Shown here: piece after piece, positions 9,482-20,438 of the stretch
Layout: the number at the start of each line of letters is the position of its first letter
Position numbering within the stretch: the first letter of the stretch is position 1
Assembly (NCBI GenBank): GCA_947074105.1
Contig: CAMTON010000005.1
Location: 1,517-65,516, forward strand
Direction of reading: 5' to 3'
DNA length: 64,000 nucleotides
DNA from: an uncultured Bacteroidales bacterium
Lineage (GTDB): Bacteria > Bacteroidota > Bacteroidia > Bacteroidales > JAUNSR01
The notes under the pieces: generated by a model
The model's input: the letters and a program-made list of their open reading frames with translations, nothing else
Told to the model about the DNA's origin: nothing
Databases searched by the model: none
Program-made: the position numbers and the translations under genes

Positions 9482-10387
9482 TTATTTCTTCACGACTTCG
9501 ATAAATACTTCCTGCATTGAGGGCAAAAGCTCTTCAAAGCATTCGATAGTATAATTATCTGATATATTTCGGATGATATTATTATTCCCGATTCCCGGTT
9601 TTGATTTGATTATGGACTGATATCCTGTCGTAAGAGGTTTGCTTTCCACAATATCATATATATCATTAACGGAAGATATCATATCTTCAGCTACCACCAC
9701 CCTGTAAAGATGTTTTTTAAACTGCTGTCTTACATGATTCACATTTCCCTGCAGCATTACTTTTGAATGATTGATAAGACTTATCTCATCACACATTTCT
9801 TCAACAGAATTCATATTATGTGTAGAAAGAATTATTGTCGCTCCTTCGTTTTTAAGTTCGACTATCTCTTTTTTCATAATTTCAGTGTTAACCGGATCGA
9901 ATCCGCTGAAAGGTTCATCAAGAATAACAATCTTAGGTTTGTGGATTACAGTAGAAATAAACTGGATCTTCTGCTGCATACCTTTTGAAAGCTCTTCGAC
10001 TTTTTTCGATTTCCATTCCGCGATATCGAATTTATCAAGCCACATATTCATATTGCTTACTGCATCTTTTTTTGTCATTCCCTTCAGGCGTGCAAGATAT
10101 ATCATCTGTTCAGATACTTTCATCTTCTTATACAGACCACGCTCTTCAGGCAGATAACCGATTCTGCTAATATCGTTATCGCAAAGTTGTTTTCCCTCAA
10201 GAGTTATAGTCCCTTCATCGGCAGCCGTAATTCTGTTGATGATTCGGATAAACGTAGTCTTTCCTGCTCCGTTGGGTCCGAGAAGACCATAAATGCAATT
10301 TTCAGGAATATCAATATCAACACCGTCGAGAGCACGGTGATTGGCATATTGCTTTACGACTCCTCTTGCTTCCAATATGTTTGTCAT
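9482..10387 (-). CDS. ABC transporter ATP-binding protein (NatA-like)
   Basis: Walker A GPNGAGKTT, signature LSKGMQQK and Walker B IVILDEP. Confidence 0.93.
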   Translation of the reverse strand: MTNILEARGVVKQYANHRALDGVDIDIPENCIYGLLGPNGAGKTTFIRIINRITAADEGTITLEGKQLCDNDISRIGYLPEERGLYKKMKVSEQMIYLARLKGMTKKDAVSNMNMWLDKFDIAEWKSKKVEELSKGMQQKIQFISTVIHKPKIVILDEPFSGFDPVNTEIMKKEIVELKNEGATIILSTHNMNSVEEMCDEISLINHSKVMLQGNVNHVRQQFKKHLYRVVVAEDMISSVNDIYDIVESKPLTTGYQSIIKSKPGIGNNNIIRNISDNYTIECFEELLPSMQEVFIEVVKK

Positions 10388-10551
10388 TATTGTCGATTTG
10401 TAAATAAATGAATAAATTAAACAATTTTAAATTGCGAATATACTAATTATTAGGTCAGTAAACCGAAATTACTCTAAACTATAAACGTAAAAAAATGTTT
10501 TTTATTTATAGATTATGGTACTTTTAATATTATTCCAAAACTTTCACGATT

Positions 10552-11832
10552 ATGAGCAGATTATACATAAAAATAATAATCGCTGTAACATTCTGTCTTG
10601 CGGATATTACAGCTTTTGCTTCCGATTTCATTGTCGAAGGTTATAAATATTTCCTACATCAGGAATCAGACGGAGGTAATTATGCGACACTAATGAGAGC
10701 TCCTGTAATTCTTTCGGGAAATATCGTTATCCCACCCAGTATCAGTCATGAAGGCTCGGAATATGTAATTAATGCCCTTTCGGTTTCGGCCTTTGAAGGA
10801 TGTGCTCAGATGACATCGGTAATAATACCTGATGCGGTAAAAAGGATCGGTTCTTCCGCTTTTAAAGACTGCTTAAATCTTATTACAGTAATACTTCCTT
10901 CCGAAATTGCGGAACTTGATTCATCTCTTTTTGAAAACTGCATAAATCTTAAAGCGGTAAATATTCCTAAATTCGATAAAAAGAAAAGAAATAATCATGC
11001 CCGGAAAAATCATGATCCTTATATCGTCAATCTTTTCAGCGTAATTGAAGTGCTTACATCTTCAGATTTCGAAAACTATGAGGGCTTCAGATTCATAAAT
11101 ATTCCAGGATCGGTAAAAAGAATAAATGCAGATGTATTTAAGAACTGTCACAGCATTACTTCAATATATATTCCACGTTCTGTGGAGTATATAGACAGAT
11201 TTGCATTCCCGGAATCGGGAATTATCAATGAAATTCAGGTAAACAGAAAAAACAGATATTATACTTCTTCCGACGGAATATTATTCAGTAAGGACAAGAC
11301 AAAACTGCAATGTTACCCATGCGGCAGAGGATCGAAGAAATATAGAGTTCCGAGAAAAGTGAAAGTTATTGATGCTGCGTTCCGTGGCAATAAAAACCTT
11401 GTAACCATCAATATTCATAAAAAAGTAGAAGATATAAGAGAATCGGCATTTGAGGGATGCTCCGGACTTGAGTCAGTGAATATTCCTGAGAATATAAAGA
11501 TAATAACAAGGAATATGTTTGCAGGTTGCGGAAATCTGACTCACATTACAATACCGGAATCAGTTAATGAAATAGAAGAAAAAGCATTCTCCAGCTGTTC
11601 TTCACTTAAAACTATTTTCTTCGACGGTGCAGTGGAAGATATACATTCAGATGCTTTTATAGATTGCGGAAGTATTAAAGAGATATATTGCAATTGCAGT
11701 GAGCCTCCTGGAATAGACTCCGATTATTTTCTTGATCCCGAATCTTGTCGTCTTTATGTTCCTAAAGGCTCATTGTCAGACTACAGGATGGATGAGAACT
11801 GGAATAAATTTTCAGAAATAATAGGCTTCTGA
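10552..11832 (+). CDS. BspA-like leucine-rich-repeat surface protein
   Basis: Signal peptide, then repeated IPxSVxxIxxxAFxxCxxLxxIxI units. Confidence 0.8.
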   Translation: MSRLYIKIIIAVTFCLADITAFASDFIVEGYKYFLHQESDGGNYATLMRAPVILSGNIVIPPSISHEGSEYVINALSVSAFEGCAQMTSVIIPDAVKRIGSSAFKDCLNLITVILPSEIAELDSSLFENCINLKAVNIPKFDKKKRNNHARKNHDPYIVNLFSVIEVLTSSDFENYEGFRFINIPGSVKRINADVFKNCHSITSIYIPRSVEYIDRFAFPESGIINEIQVNRKNRYYTSSDGILFSKDKTKLQCYPCGRGSKKYRVPRKVKVIDAAFRGNKNLVTINIHKKVEDIRESAFEGCSGLESVNIPENIKIITRNMFAGCGNLTHITIPESVNEIEEKAFSSCSSLKTIFFDGAVEDIHSDAFIDCGSIKEIYCNCSEPPGIDSDYFLDPESCRLYVPKGSLSDYRMDENWNKFSEIIGF

Positions 11833-11840
11833 TCAGGTAT

Positions 11841-12275
11841 TTATCTTTTGCTTTTAAAGAAATCTTTCATAAGCGAAGATGCTTCATTTTCCATTATACC
11901 TTTCACTACAACAGTTTTAGGGTGAAGAGCTCGGGGTGCAAAAAAGGAAAATCCGCGTTTTTCATCAGATGCTCCGTATACAAGTCTGGAAAGCTGTGCC
12001 CAGCCTAAAGCACCGGCACACATAACACAGGGTTCAAGAGTTACATAAAGAGTACAGTCCTTAAGATATTTACCACCAAGAGTGGCAGCAGCAGCAGTTA
12101 TAGCCTGAATCTCGGCATGAGCCGTAACATCGGAAAGTGTTTCGGTAAGATTTTGGGCGCGGGCTATTATTCTGTCATTACATACTACAATGGCCCCAAC
12201 CGGAATCTCTCCGAGTGAGGCACCCTTTTCGGCTTCTACAAGAGCCTGGCGCATATAGTGATTATCATCTAACAT
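11841..12275 (-). CDS. tadA: tRNA-specific adenosine deaminase
   Basis: HAEIQAI and PCVMCAGA zinc-binding deaminase motifs; 144 aa. Confidence 0.93.
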   Translation of the reverse strand: MLDDNHYMRQALVEAEKGASLGEIPVGAIVVCNDRIIARAQNLTETLSDVTAHAEIQAITAAAATLGGKYLKDCTLYVTLEPCVMCAGALGWAQLSRLVYGASDEKRGFSFFAPRALHPKTVVVKGIMENEASSLMKDFFKSKR

Positions 12276-12344
12276 TTTGAATCTTTCATTTAAGTCCGGA
12301 AGATCCGGATATGTATATTTTTTAATCAGGAAGAAAGTGCATCA

Positions 12345-12572
12345 CTATCTTCTCATCTCATTCTCATTAAATAAAGTAGGATGATTCTCTTCAAGTTTAT
12401 TAAGCACATGTCTTAATATGGTTTCCCTGTACCATCTGTTCTTATTGGTTATCTTATATTTATCAAGATAACGGCACACCATGTTGTACTCCTTTTCATT
12501 AAGCGAAACAGAGATTCTGAAGTTTCGCTGAAGTGCCTCCTCCTGCTCTTTTTTATTGCTTTTTCTATTCAT
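12345..12572 (-). CDS. Hypothetical small basic protein, possibly ribbon-helix-helix-like
   Basis: The ATG at 12572 (MNRKSNKK...) is preferred to the TTG at 12593. The FRISVSLNEKEYNMVCRYLDK segment resembles an RHH strand-helix. This is weak. Confidence 0.45.
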   Translation of the reverse strand: MNRKSNKKEQEEALQRNFRISVSLNEKEYNMVCRYLDKYKITNKNRWYRETILRHVLNKLEENHPTLFNENEMRR

Positions 12573-12784
12573 TACCGCAAATGTAGACAGCAATTCTTAA
12601 AGTAGAAAATCCTTATTGCTAATTTGGTTAAAAACATTCTTTTTTTCATGATTATAAATTACAAAGAGTCATAAAATCCCACTTTCAGCTATGTATAAAG
12701 GATATAAAAAGGGATAAATATTTAATTAAACTATAAGTAAACAATAACGAAATTCTCTTGTTACAACAAAAAAACCACTTATTT

Positions 12785-13150
12785 ATGGATCACAACACAT
12801 TGGGTAAAAAGGGAGAACATCTGGCTGTAGAGTTTCTTAAATCCAAAGGACATAATATCATTGACACTAACTGGAGGTTTCATCATCTTGAAATTGATAT
12901 TATTTCCATTGACGGATCGGATATAGTATTCACTGAAGTAAAAACACGCAGTTCTGATAAGTACGAACAACCTTATCTTGCAGTAAACGATAATAAGATA
13001 AGACGAATCGTTATTGCGGCAGATTCCTATATGAAGCAGAATCAGATTGATATGGAAGTCAGATTTGACATAATAAGTATTGTGATAAATAATGAAAAGC
13101 ATGATCTGGATCACATTCCTGATGCTTTTTATCCGCCTCTTTTAAGATAA
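12785..13150 (+). CDS. yraN: YraN family (UPF0102) endonuclease-like protein
   Basis: GKKGEHLAVEFLKSKGHNIIDTNWRF...EIDIIS...VFTEVKTR is typical of YraN. The ATG at 12785 is preferred to the TTG at 12758. Confidence 0.85.
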   Translation: MDHNTLGKKGEHLAVEFLKSKGHNIIDTNWRFHHLEIDIISIDGSDIVFTEVKTRSSDKYEQPYLAVNDNKIRRIVIAADSYMKQNQIDMEVRFDIISIVINNEKHDLDHIPDAFYPPLLR

Positions 13151-13454
13151 TATTTAAAATCTGACTTTTATTTTGCTTATGTAATTTTATAATTCTTCCT
13201 TTTTAAGGATATTCCTCTATAAGTAATAAAATTACTGTTATCTTTATTTAGATATATTATCAATTTCACCTTTGAAAGTATTAAATATACAATCTACTAT
13301 ATGCTAAAATAAAATGGTTATTATTTTTGTGTAAATTTTATAATTTCAATCACTGAACTATCCTGATACGCTTATATTTTCCAAAATAATTAAGAGAGTT
13401 ACGTTCGTTTGAAATATTTTGATGTTTCGCTTATTATTTTCTAAATTTTGATTT

Positions 13455-14189
13455 ATGCCGCAGTTTATTCATTTACCCCAAACGAGATCAACTAATCAGT
13501 ATTTAAGAGACCTTGTCGAAGCGACAAAATCGCGCGAAGAAGGCACCGTGGTATGGGCTGACTTTCAGAGTGCCGGTAAAGGCCAGAAAGGCAACAGCTG
13601 GGAATCGGAAGAAGGGAAAAATCTGCTTTTTACGCTTTTACTCTGCCCTGAATTTATTGAAGCAACCGACCAGTTTGTTATCTCTCAGATTGTTTCACTT
13701 GCTCTTGTTGATGTCTTAAGTCGTTACGGAGAAGGATTTTCCATTAAATGGCCTAATGATATTTATCATCATGACAGCAAAATAGCAGGCATACTGATAG
13801 AAAATGATATTTCTGGACGCATAATATTTTCTTCGTTTATCGGTGTCGGATTAAACGTAAATCAGAGGGAGTTCCTAAGTGATGCTCCTAATCCCGTTTC
13901 TCTTGCACAGATTCTGAATCAGGATGTTTCCATTGAAAGTCTCCTTTCAGGCATAATAGAATCAATATATAATTATTATGATATAGCGATGGAGGGTAAT
14001 TTCGATCTTATCAGACGTGATTATATGAATTCACTTTACAGAAAAGATGATTTTTATGATTTCTCCGATAAAAACGGCCATTTCTCCGGTAAAATTAAAA
14101 ATGTCGCTCCGACGGGAATGATTACAATTACCGATGATGCCGGAAGCGAAAGAATTTACGACTTTAAAGAAGTGGTTTTCGAACTTTAA
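13455..14189 (+). CDS. birA: Biotin--[acetyl-CoA-carboxylase] ligase (group I, no HTH domain)
   Basis: The GKGQKGNSWES block corresponds to the BirA GRGRxGRxW biotin-binding loop, followed by KWPNDI; 244 aa. Confidence 0.9.
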   Translation: MPQFIHLPQTRSTNQYLRDLVEATKSREEGTVVWADFQSAGKGQKGNSWESEEGKNLLFTLLLCPEFIEATDQFVISQIVSLALVDVLSRYGEGFSIKWPNDIYHHDSKIAGILIENDISGRIIFSSFIGVGLNVNQREFLSDAPNPVSLAQILNQDVSIESLLSGIIESIYNYYDIAMEGNFDLIRRDYMNSLYRKDDFYDFSDKNGHFSGKIKNVAPTGMITITDDAGSERIYDFKEVVFEL

Positions 14190-14213
14190 TATTCAGTATA
14201 TATTTACATATAT

Positions 14214-14279
14214 CCCAAATAAAGAATAAGTATGAAACATGATCTTTCAGATCCGTTTCATACTTATTTTTTATTTGGG
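14214..14279. terminator. Long bidirectional terminator between birA and the 846-aa gene
   Basis: The inner stem AATAAGTATGAAAC / GTTTCATACTTATT is a perfect 14 bp. It is extended by CCCAAATAAA / TTTATTTGGG. Confidence 0.8.
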
Positions 14280-14312
14280 AATTATAACGGAATTACCCCT
14301 CACCATTCTTAT

Positions 14313-16853
14313 TTACTTTAAGATTCCGATAGTTCCAGACGGTGTTATTGTCTGAGCATCAACACTGAAACTTTCACAATCCATGTTATTATAGAATTTT
14401 ATACTTGCATTACCGGAGGCGTCACTTTTCACATTAGGATTCCAATACAGGGTACGGCGATACGGAATATCTTCAAGAATCTCTTTTGAAAGAATATCCG
14501 GCATATAGAACTCTCCTGACATTGCATAGCCGTCAAGAACGGTACGTCGTTCACCTTTCTTTTCTTTTTTATCATTAATACTGTTTTGTTTAAGATAAAG
14601 GAAAATAAGAACGCTACTTTCACTGAGGCTTCCTGTTGATCCAAGCTGCGCATAATAACGATTTACAGAGATAGGGTCGTCACATATAGCGATTTTCTCA
14701 ATATCTGAACTTCTCAGATCACTATATACATCATAAAATTCACTACTTGTTGAAGGACCAGATGTATTAAAAAATAACATATTGTTACGAGATTTGTAAT
14801 CATTTATTACCATCATCATATTTCTTCCTTTATATCTGTTTCCCGCCGACACATTAGGGCATATCTGGCGCAGATAAGAATAAATATCAAGATCAGCTTT
14901 TTCTCCGCTGTCAATAAGTTTATCTGTTTCTTCCCTGACATCATAAACAACAGAGGCAACTTTCATCGCATCGAATTTATCTCTGGAAAGATTTTTTGCC
15001 TGTACTTCCACATTGTCCAGAAGCCTTGAATCCGAGCTTACAAGATGAGAATAGTCATAATCCGGATTATCTTCTTTTTTACCTGTTATTTTGATTTCCG
15101 GTTTTTCACTTCCGTTTCTACTGTATGAATAATCAGTCTCTAATGCAGATATCGCTCTTGGTTTAGGTGAGAAAACTCTGTCTATTACGATATTTCCATT
15201 TGTTTTTTTACCATCCTGAAATAAGGAAAGATTCATATTAGCCGGTCCGTCATATTCGGGAACCCTAAAATTAAATTTTCCGTTTTCATCAGTCAGACAT
15301 GTTGCCTGACGTTTATCTTCATATCGCGGATAGATATCAGCTTTTACAAGAATATCCTTTTTTATTTTTTTCCTCACGGTAGATTCGACCCTTCCTGCAA
15401 CTATGATTCCGTCTTCGGAAAAGTTTTTAGCACCCGCGTCTTCTCCTGTAACCATTTTTGTCCAGTCATATCTTCTCCATCCCTGCACCATCATAAGCAG
15501 ATCCAGAGCCTGATTTTTCACTTTATCATCTGAGGTAAAATAATAATCAACATCTTCGATATAACCTTTTATCTCCGAAGAAAGAAGCAGATCCGTATGA
15601 ATATTATCACAATACGAAGTACCTATATCTTTAGAATTATCTTTAACTGTAAGAGAGAATGTTGTTGAAACAGGCTTGTTGTTTTTGTCAGAAAGTCTGA
15701 AATTCATTTCCACTTGTTCCAGCGGCTTGTAATTCTCTTTAGTCATAGATGCTTCAATATTTACAAAATCATCTGAACGGACAAATACAAGTCTCTCCGC
15801 CATGATCTTTCCGTCTCTGTCAAAAAGAGTGATTTGAGAAACACCCGGATCAATATCCTTTTTCGGAACTGTGATCATTACATTCCCGCTATTCTTAAGA
15901 TCCGCAATATTAGCATAATTAAGTTTCCCGTTGGTCATTACAGAGATGCCGAGAGTGTCACCTTCCATTTCAGGTGACTTTCTTATATTTATCAGTATGT
16001 TTTCACTTTGCTGATTACCACATTCCATAGAATATCCTGCAGTCATTGCACGAGGTAGTTCAAAATGAAGGGCCTTCTTCTCCCCCTGAATATGAGCTGT
16101 ATATTTTTCGCCTGCTTCAGGAGTAAACGTGAATAAACCCATTCCCTTATGAAGAGTATTAAATGAAACTATTGTATCATTGCGTGATGAGAGAATAACG
16201 CCGGCTGCATCAACACCAAGTCCCGTTTTATCAGTAACCTTAAATGCGATACGGTTATTATTTCCTGATACGATATTGCCGCCTTCCGGATAAAATCTAA
16301 GATTAAGATTCGAAGACGACTTTTTTTCGGTTCTTAATACGGGAGGCATACGGCTGGTATTAATCTTACGTATCTCATTTTCATATTCTCCCTCTTTACG
16401 GGGAGCTTCAAATACAGGAAAGACTCTTGAGAACGTAGTCTCCAGATCATTATTAAGCATAACGCGTGTATAAGCTCTCACTTCGTAAAATCCTGATTTG
16501 TAATAATCTTTAAGATTGAATTCTCCATTACATTGTCCGTCTTCAATCCTCATACGTTTACTTTCCGCAACTTTACCGAACTGATCTATTAGTTCCACAT
16601 ACAAAACTTTACTCAATGAGGTGGGGCCAAGTTCCGATGCCATTACAACATAAGCTTTAAAGTAGATATTCTCACCTACATAATATCCTGAATTATCAAA
16701 ATGTAGATATACTTTCTCCTGAGGAAAAAGATGATTATACTTCTTGATATTGGAAAAATATTCTGCAAATAAATCTACCGTCTTATTAGTTTCCGCAAAT
16801 AGTGTTCCCGTTGCAAGGATACTGCCGATTATTAAAGTAGTGGCGTTTTTCAT
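14313..16853 (-). CDS. Large secreted protein of unknown function with MG2 / carboxypeptidase-regulatory-like beta-sandwich repeats
   Basis: Signal peptide. YLHFDNSGYYVGENIYFKAYVV and FYPEGGNIVSGNNNRIAFKVTD...GMGLFTFTP resemble MG2/Ig-like repeats. I recognise no catalytic motif. Confidence 0.65.
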   Translation of the reverse strand: MKNATTLIIGSILATGTLFAETNKTVDLFAEYFSNIKKYNHLFPQEKVYLHFDNSGYYVGENIYFKAYVVMASELGPTSLSKVLYVELIDQFGKVAESKRMRIEDGQCNGEFNLKDYYKSGFYEVRAYTRVMLNNDLETTFSRVFPVFEAPRKEGEYENEIRKINTSRMPPVLRTEKKSSSNLNLRFYPEGGNIVSGNNNRIAFKVTDKTGLGVDAAGVILSSRNDTIVSFNTLHKGMGLFTFTPEAGEKYTAHIQGEKKALHFELPRAMTAGYSMECGNQQSENILINIRKSPEMEGDTLGISVMTNGKLNYANIADLKNSGNVMITVPKKDIDPGVSQITLFDRDGKIMAERLVFVRSDDFVNIEASMTKENYKPLEQVEMNFRLSDKNNKPVSTTFSLTVKDNSKDIGTSYCDNIHTDLLLSSEIKGYIEDVDYYFTSDDKVKNQALDLLMMVQGWRRYDWTKMVTGEDAGAKNFSEDGIIVAGRVESTVRKKIKKDILVKADIYPRYEDKRQATCLTDENGKFNFRVPEYDGPANMNLSLFQDGKKTNGNIVIDRVFSPKPRAISALETDYSYSRNGSEKPEIKITGKKEDNPDYDYSHLVSSDSRLLDNVEVQAKNLSRDKFDAMKVASVVYDVREETDKLIDSGEKADLDIYSYLRQICPNVSAGNRYKGRNMMMVINDYKSRNNMLFFNTSGPSTSSEFYDVYSDLRSSDIEKIAICDDPISVNRYYAQLGSTGSLSESSVLIFLYLKQNSINDKKEKKGERRTVLDGYAMSGEFYMPDILSKEILEDIPYRRTLYWNPNVKSDASGNASIKFYNNMDCESFSVDAQTITPSGTIGILK

Positions 16854-17113
16854 ATCGGTATATTTTAAGATTAATAATTCGAACGACTGTTCGTTTTTTT
16901 TTAAAAATAATAATTACTTTTCATTAATTACAAGAATATCAAATATTTATAAAATTTAATAAACGAATATATATAATTTTATGATGTAATCTGAAATTCT
17001 TTAAATGAAATAAATATTTTCTCTGCCTTTATCAACCAAGATTTATATTGAATGTTATAAAATTACAACTATATAATATTACCCCGGTTTAAAACAGACA
17101 GGCCGGATAATCT

Positions 17114-19336
17114 ATGACTGAAAGATCAAACATAATAAAAAAGACTCTTCCTATTTTGAATATGAGTTGTGCCGATTGCGCCGTTTCAATAGAGAACGGA
17201 CTTAAAGCTCTTCCGGGCATAATCAGTGCGGAAGTCAACTCTGCTTCAAATAAACTATATGTTGAATATGACGATAAACTTACAGATCTGGCTACAATAC
17301 GTGAGAACATCCTGAACTTAGGTTATGACGCCGTTATCAACAACCGTCAGATTCCTCATGATCAGGAGAACAAACTGAAATCCCAGACACGTCAGCTCAG
17401 GGCAAAAGTGATAGTGGCATGGGCACTTGTGGTACCAATACTTTTTCTTTCTATATTTTTCATGAATGAAGAGTGGAGCAATATAACTATGCTTTTCCTT
17501 TCCGTCCCTCTTATATTCTATTGCGGTGATACTTTTTTTTCAAATGCCCTGCGGCTCTTCCACAAAGGAGTTGCCAATATGGATACACTGATTGCCTTAA
17601 GCACCGGTGTAGCATTTATATTCAGCCTTTTCAATACCATATTCCCGGAGTTCTGGATTCGTAAATCAATAGAAGTCCATGTCTATTTTGAAGCTGTGGG
17701 AATGATAATAGCGTTTGTCATAACAGGTCGGTTACTGGAAGACAAAGCAAGAAGCAGCGCAGAGAACGCTATTCAGAGCCTTATGGACCTTCAGCCATCA
17801 AAGGCAAAGGTCATAATTAATGATACTGAAATAGATTTCCCAATTGATCAGTTAAAAAAAGATTATCATATCGTGGTACGTCCCGGAGAATCCGTTCCCG
17901 TCGACGGCATAATTATAAGCGGAAGTTCATTCATCAACGAAAGTATGGTAACAGGAGAATCTCTTCCTGTAGAAAAAAGTAAAGGAGATAAAGTGCTTGC
18001 CGGTACAATAAATCAGCGCGGAAAACTTATTATAGTAGCAACAAAGGTAGGATCGCAAACCTTACTGGCGCAGATAATAAAGATGGTTGAAATGGCACAG
18101 ACCGGAAAAGCTCCTGTTCAGAAACTGGCGGATAAGATAAGTTCGGTTTTTGTTCCTACAGTTATGTCGGTATCATTGCTGACATTTCTTATATGGATCC
18201 TTATGGGGTCGTCTGAATTTCTTTTTATAGGCATCGTTTCAGCTGTTTCCGTTCTTGTCATAGCTTGTCCCTGCTCATTGGGGCTTGCTACACCTTCCGC
18301 TCTGACAATAGGTATAGGGCGGGCCGCAATGAACGGTGTCCTTATAAAAGATGCCATAGCGCTGGAAACTCTTTATAAAGTAGACACAATTGTACTTGAC
18401 AAGACGGGGACCATCACAAAAGGGGAACCGTTTGTCAAAAAAGCTGTATGGGCAGATTATACTACAGAGGAAGATAAATCTGTATTGTATGCTTCGGAGA
18501 TAAAATCGGAACATCCGCTTGCTTCTACCATTATAGATTTTCTTAAGGCATCAGGAATCGAAAAAACAGATATCGACAAGATTGAGTCTTCCGCGGGATG
18601 TTGCATGAAAGCAACGATTAAAGAAAAAACATATTATATCGGCAATTATGACTTCATTAAGGACGCCGGCACAGAGATTGATTCCGAAACGATTAAGAGT
18701 ATCACCCAATGGCAGGGAAAAGGAATGAACACTGTTCTTTTTGCATGCGGGCGCCGTCTGCTCGGAATGTTTGCCATTTCAGACCAGATTAAAGAAGGGT
18801 CGGCTGAAGCTATAGCTATGCTAAATTCAATGGGACTTGATGTAATAATGCTTACAGGCGATAATAAAAACAGTGCAGCTCATATAGCAAATGAAGTCGG
18901 AATAAAAGATTTTAAATACGAACTTAAACCTTTTGATAAGGATAATATTATAAAGGACCTAAAACGCGATTCAAGAATAGTAGCTATGGTCGGTGACGGA
19001 ATAAATGATTCCCTAGCCCTTGCTCATGCAAATGTCGGAATTGCAATGGGTCTGGGTTCCGATGTATCCAAAGATGTAGCTATGCTTACCATCGTTGATT
19101 CCGACCTACGTTTACTTCCTTCTACAATACAACTTTCTCGTAAATGCGTCAGAATAATCAGACAAAACCTTTTTTGGGCTTTTATATATAATATTATCGG
19201 AATAGTAGTAGCTACGGGAATATTTTTCCCTCTTTTCGGAATACTGCTTAACCCGGTTTGGGCCGGAGCAGCAATGGCTCTGAGCTCAGCCTCAGTAATA
19301 CTTAACAGCCTCAGACTGAAATGGACAAAAGATTAG
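17114..19336 (+). CDS. copA: Copper-translocating P1B-type ATPase
   Basis: N-terminal HMA domain with CADC, a transmembrane CPC motif, DKTGTIT and GDGINDS. Confidence 0.93.
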   Translation: MTERSNIIKKTLPILNMSCADCAVSIENGLKALPGIISAEVNSASNKLYVEYDDKLTDLATIRENILNLGYDAVINNRQIPHDQENKLKSQTRQLRAKVIVAWALVVPILFLSIFFMNEEWSNITMLFLSVPLIFYCGDTFFSNALRLFHKGVANMDTLIALSTGVAFIFSLFNTIFPEFWIRKSIEVHVYFEAVGMIIAFVITGRLLEDKARSSAENAIQSLMDLQPSKAKVIINDTEIDFPIDQLKKDYHIVVRPGESVPVDGIIISGSSFINESMVTGESLPVEKSKGDKVLAGTINQRGKLIIVATKVGSQTLLAQIIKMVEMAQTGKAPVQKLADKISSVFVPTVMSVSLLTFLIWILMGSSEFLFIGIVSAVSVLVIACPCSLGLATPSALTIGIGRAAMNGVLIKDAIALETLYKVDTIVLDKTGTITKGEPFVKKAVWADYTTEEDKSVLYASEIKSEHPLASTIIDFLKASGIEKTDIDKIESSAGCCMKATIKEKTYYIGNYDFIKDAGTEIDSETIKSITQWQGKGMNTVLFACGRRLLGMFAISDQIKEGSAEAIAMLNSMGLDVIMLTGDNKNSAAHIANEVGIKDFKYELKPFDKDNIIKDLKRDSRIVAMVGDGINDSLALAHANVGIAMGLGSDVSKDVAMLTIVDSDLRLLPSTIQLSRKCVRIIRQNLFWAFIYNIIGIVVATGIFFPLFGILLNPVWAGAAMALSSASVILNSLRLKWTKD

Positions 19337-19367
19337 AAATGATAATATAATCTAAAAACAGAATTTT

Positions 19368-19586
19368 ATGAAGACGTTGAAGTTTAAGACAAATGTGAAC
19401 TGCATTTGTTGCGTGGAAAGAATTAAATCTGTATTGTCTAAAAAATTTGATCAACATCAGTGGAACGTAGACCTGGAATCTCCTCTGAGGATATTAACGG
19501 TAAGAACAGATGTTCCGCCATATGAAATTGAGAGAATGCTTGAGAAAGCCGGTTATCTTGCTGTAAGCCTGGAAGAACTTAACTGA
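19368..19586 (+). CDS. Small heavy-metal-associated (HMA)-like protein, putative copper chaperone
   Basis: 72 aa with an N-terminal KTNVNCICC (CxxC). It starts 31 nt after copA and shares its terminator. Confidence 0.6.
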   Translation: MKTLKFKTNVNCICCVERIKSVLSKKFDQHQWNVDLESPLRILTVRTDVPPYEIERMLEKAGYLAVSLEELN

Positions 19587-19610
19587 AAAATTTGAACTTA
19601 TATAAAATAA

Positions 19611-19649
19611 AACGTCCGGAAATAATCTCTGCAGATTTTTCCGGACGTT
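19611..19649. terminator. Bidirectional terminator between the copper genes and slyD
   Basis: AACGTCCGGAAA / TTTCCGGACGTT form a perfect 12-bp stem. Confidence 0.8.
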
Positions 19650-19671
19650 CAGTCTTATATTTCCTTATCGA

Positions 19672-20223
19672 TTAGTGGCAACCGCCGCTGCATCCGCAGC
19701 CACCGCTTTCGCAATCCTGATCGTCACAAGAGCAGTCTCCGCCACAAGAGTGGATATCAGCTTCAGTAGGTTCACGAACTTCAAGAACTTCACCTTCGAA
19801 ATGAAGAGTATTTCCTGCCATAGGATGGTTAAAGTCCATTACAACACCTGTATCAGTGATTTTTTCCACAGTACCATTTATAGTCATACCCTGAGCATCT
19901 CTCATTGGAAGAACAGCTCCTTCAACTACCATTTCAGAATCAAATTTTCCGTCAATTTCAAAAATATTTTTTGGTAATTCGATTACATTTTCGTCTTCAT
20001 ATTCACCATAAGCGTCTTTCGCTTCAAGTGAGAAATCAAATTTGTCACCTACTTTCAAGCCCTCAAGAGCTTTTTCGAATGATTCAAGCATTGTGCCTGT
20101 ACCATATACAAATTTAAGTGGCTGACCTGGTTGAGTTTCTTCAACCATTTCAGGCTCTTCGCCTTTTTCGCTTGCCCAAAGTTTATATGACACGGCTACG
20201 AATTTTCCCGGTTTGATTTCCAT
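19672..20223 (-). CDS. slyD: FKBP-type peptidyl-prolyl isomerase SlyD with Cys-rich metal-binding tail
   Basis: FKBP plus IF-domain layout (VSYKLW...LKFVYGTG...HPMAGNTLHFEGEV) and the tail HSCGGDCSCDDQDCESGGCGCSGGCH. Confidence 0.9.
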   Translation of the reverse strand: MEIKPGKFVAVSYKLWASEKGEEPEMVEETQPGQPLKFVYGTGTMLESFEKALEGLKVGDKFDFSLEAKDAYGEYEDENVIELPKNIFEIDGKFDSEMVVEGAVLPMRDAQGMTINGTVEKITDTGVVMDFNHPMAGNTLHFEGEVLEVREPTEADIHSCGGDCSCDDQDCESGGCGCSGGCH

Positions 20224-20438
20224 AATCTTTATATTTAATATATTATTAATTACAAGAGTTGCCTCTTTCTTTTAAGTTACGCGTTGCTTCTTTTTGTAAA
20301 ACACAAAGCTGTTTGTTTTGTTATTTATTATTTAATATTTTACATGCTTCTATAAGATTGTAAATATATTAACCTAGACAAATATCCATTTATAATTTAA
20401 GTTATCATACAATAACTTTTACAAATCTAAGAAAAAAA

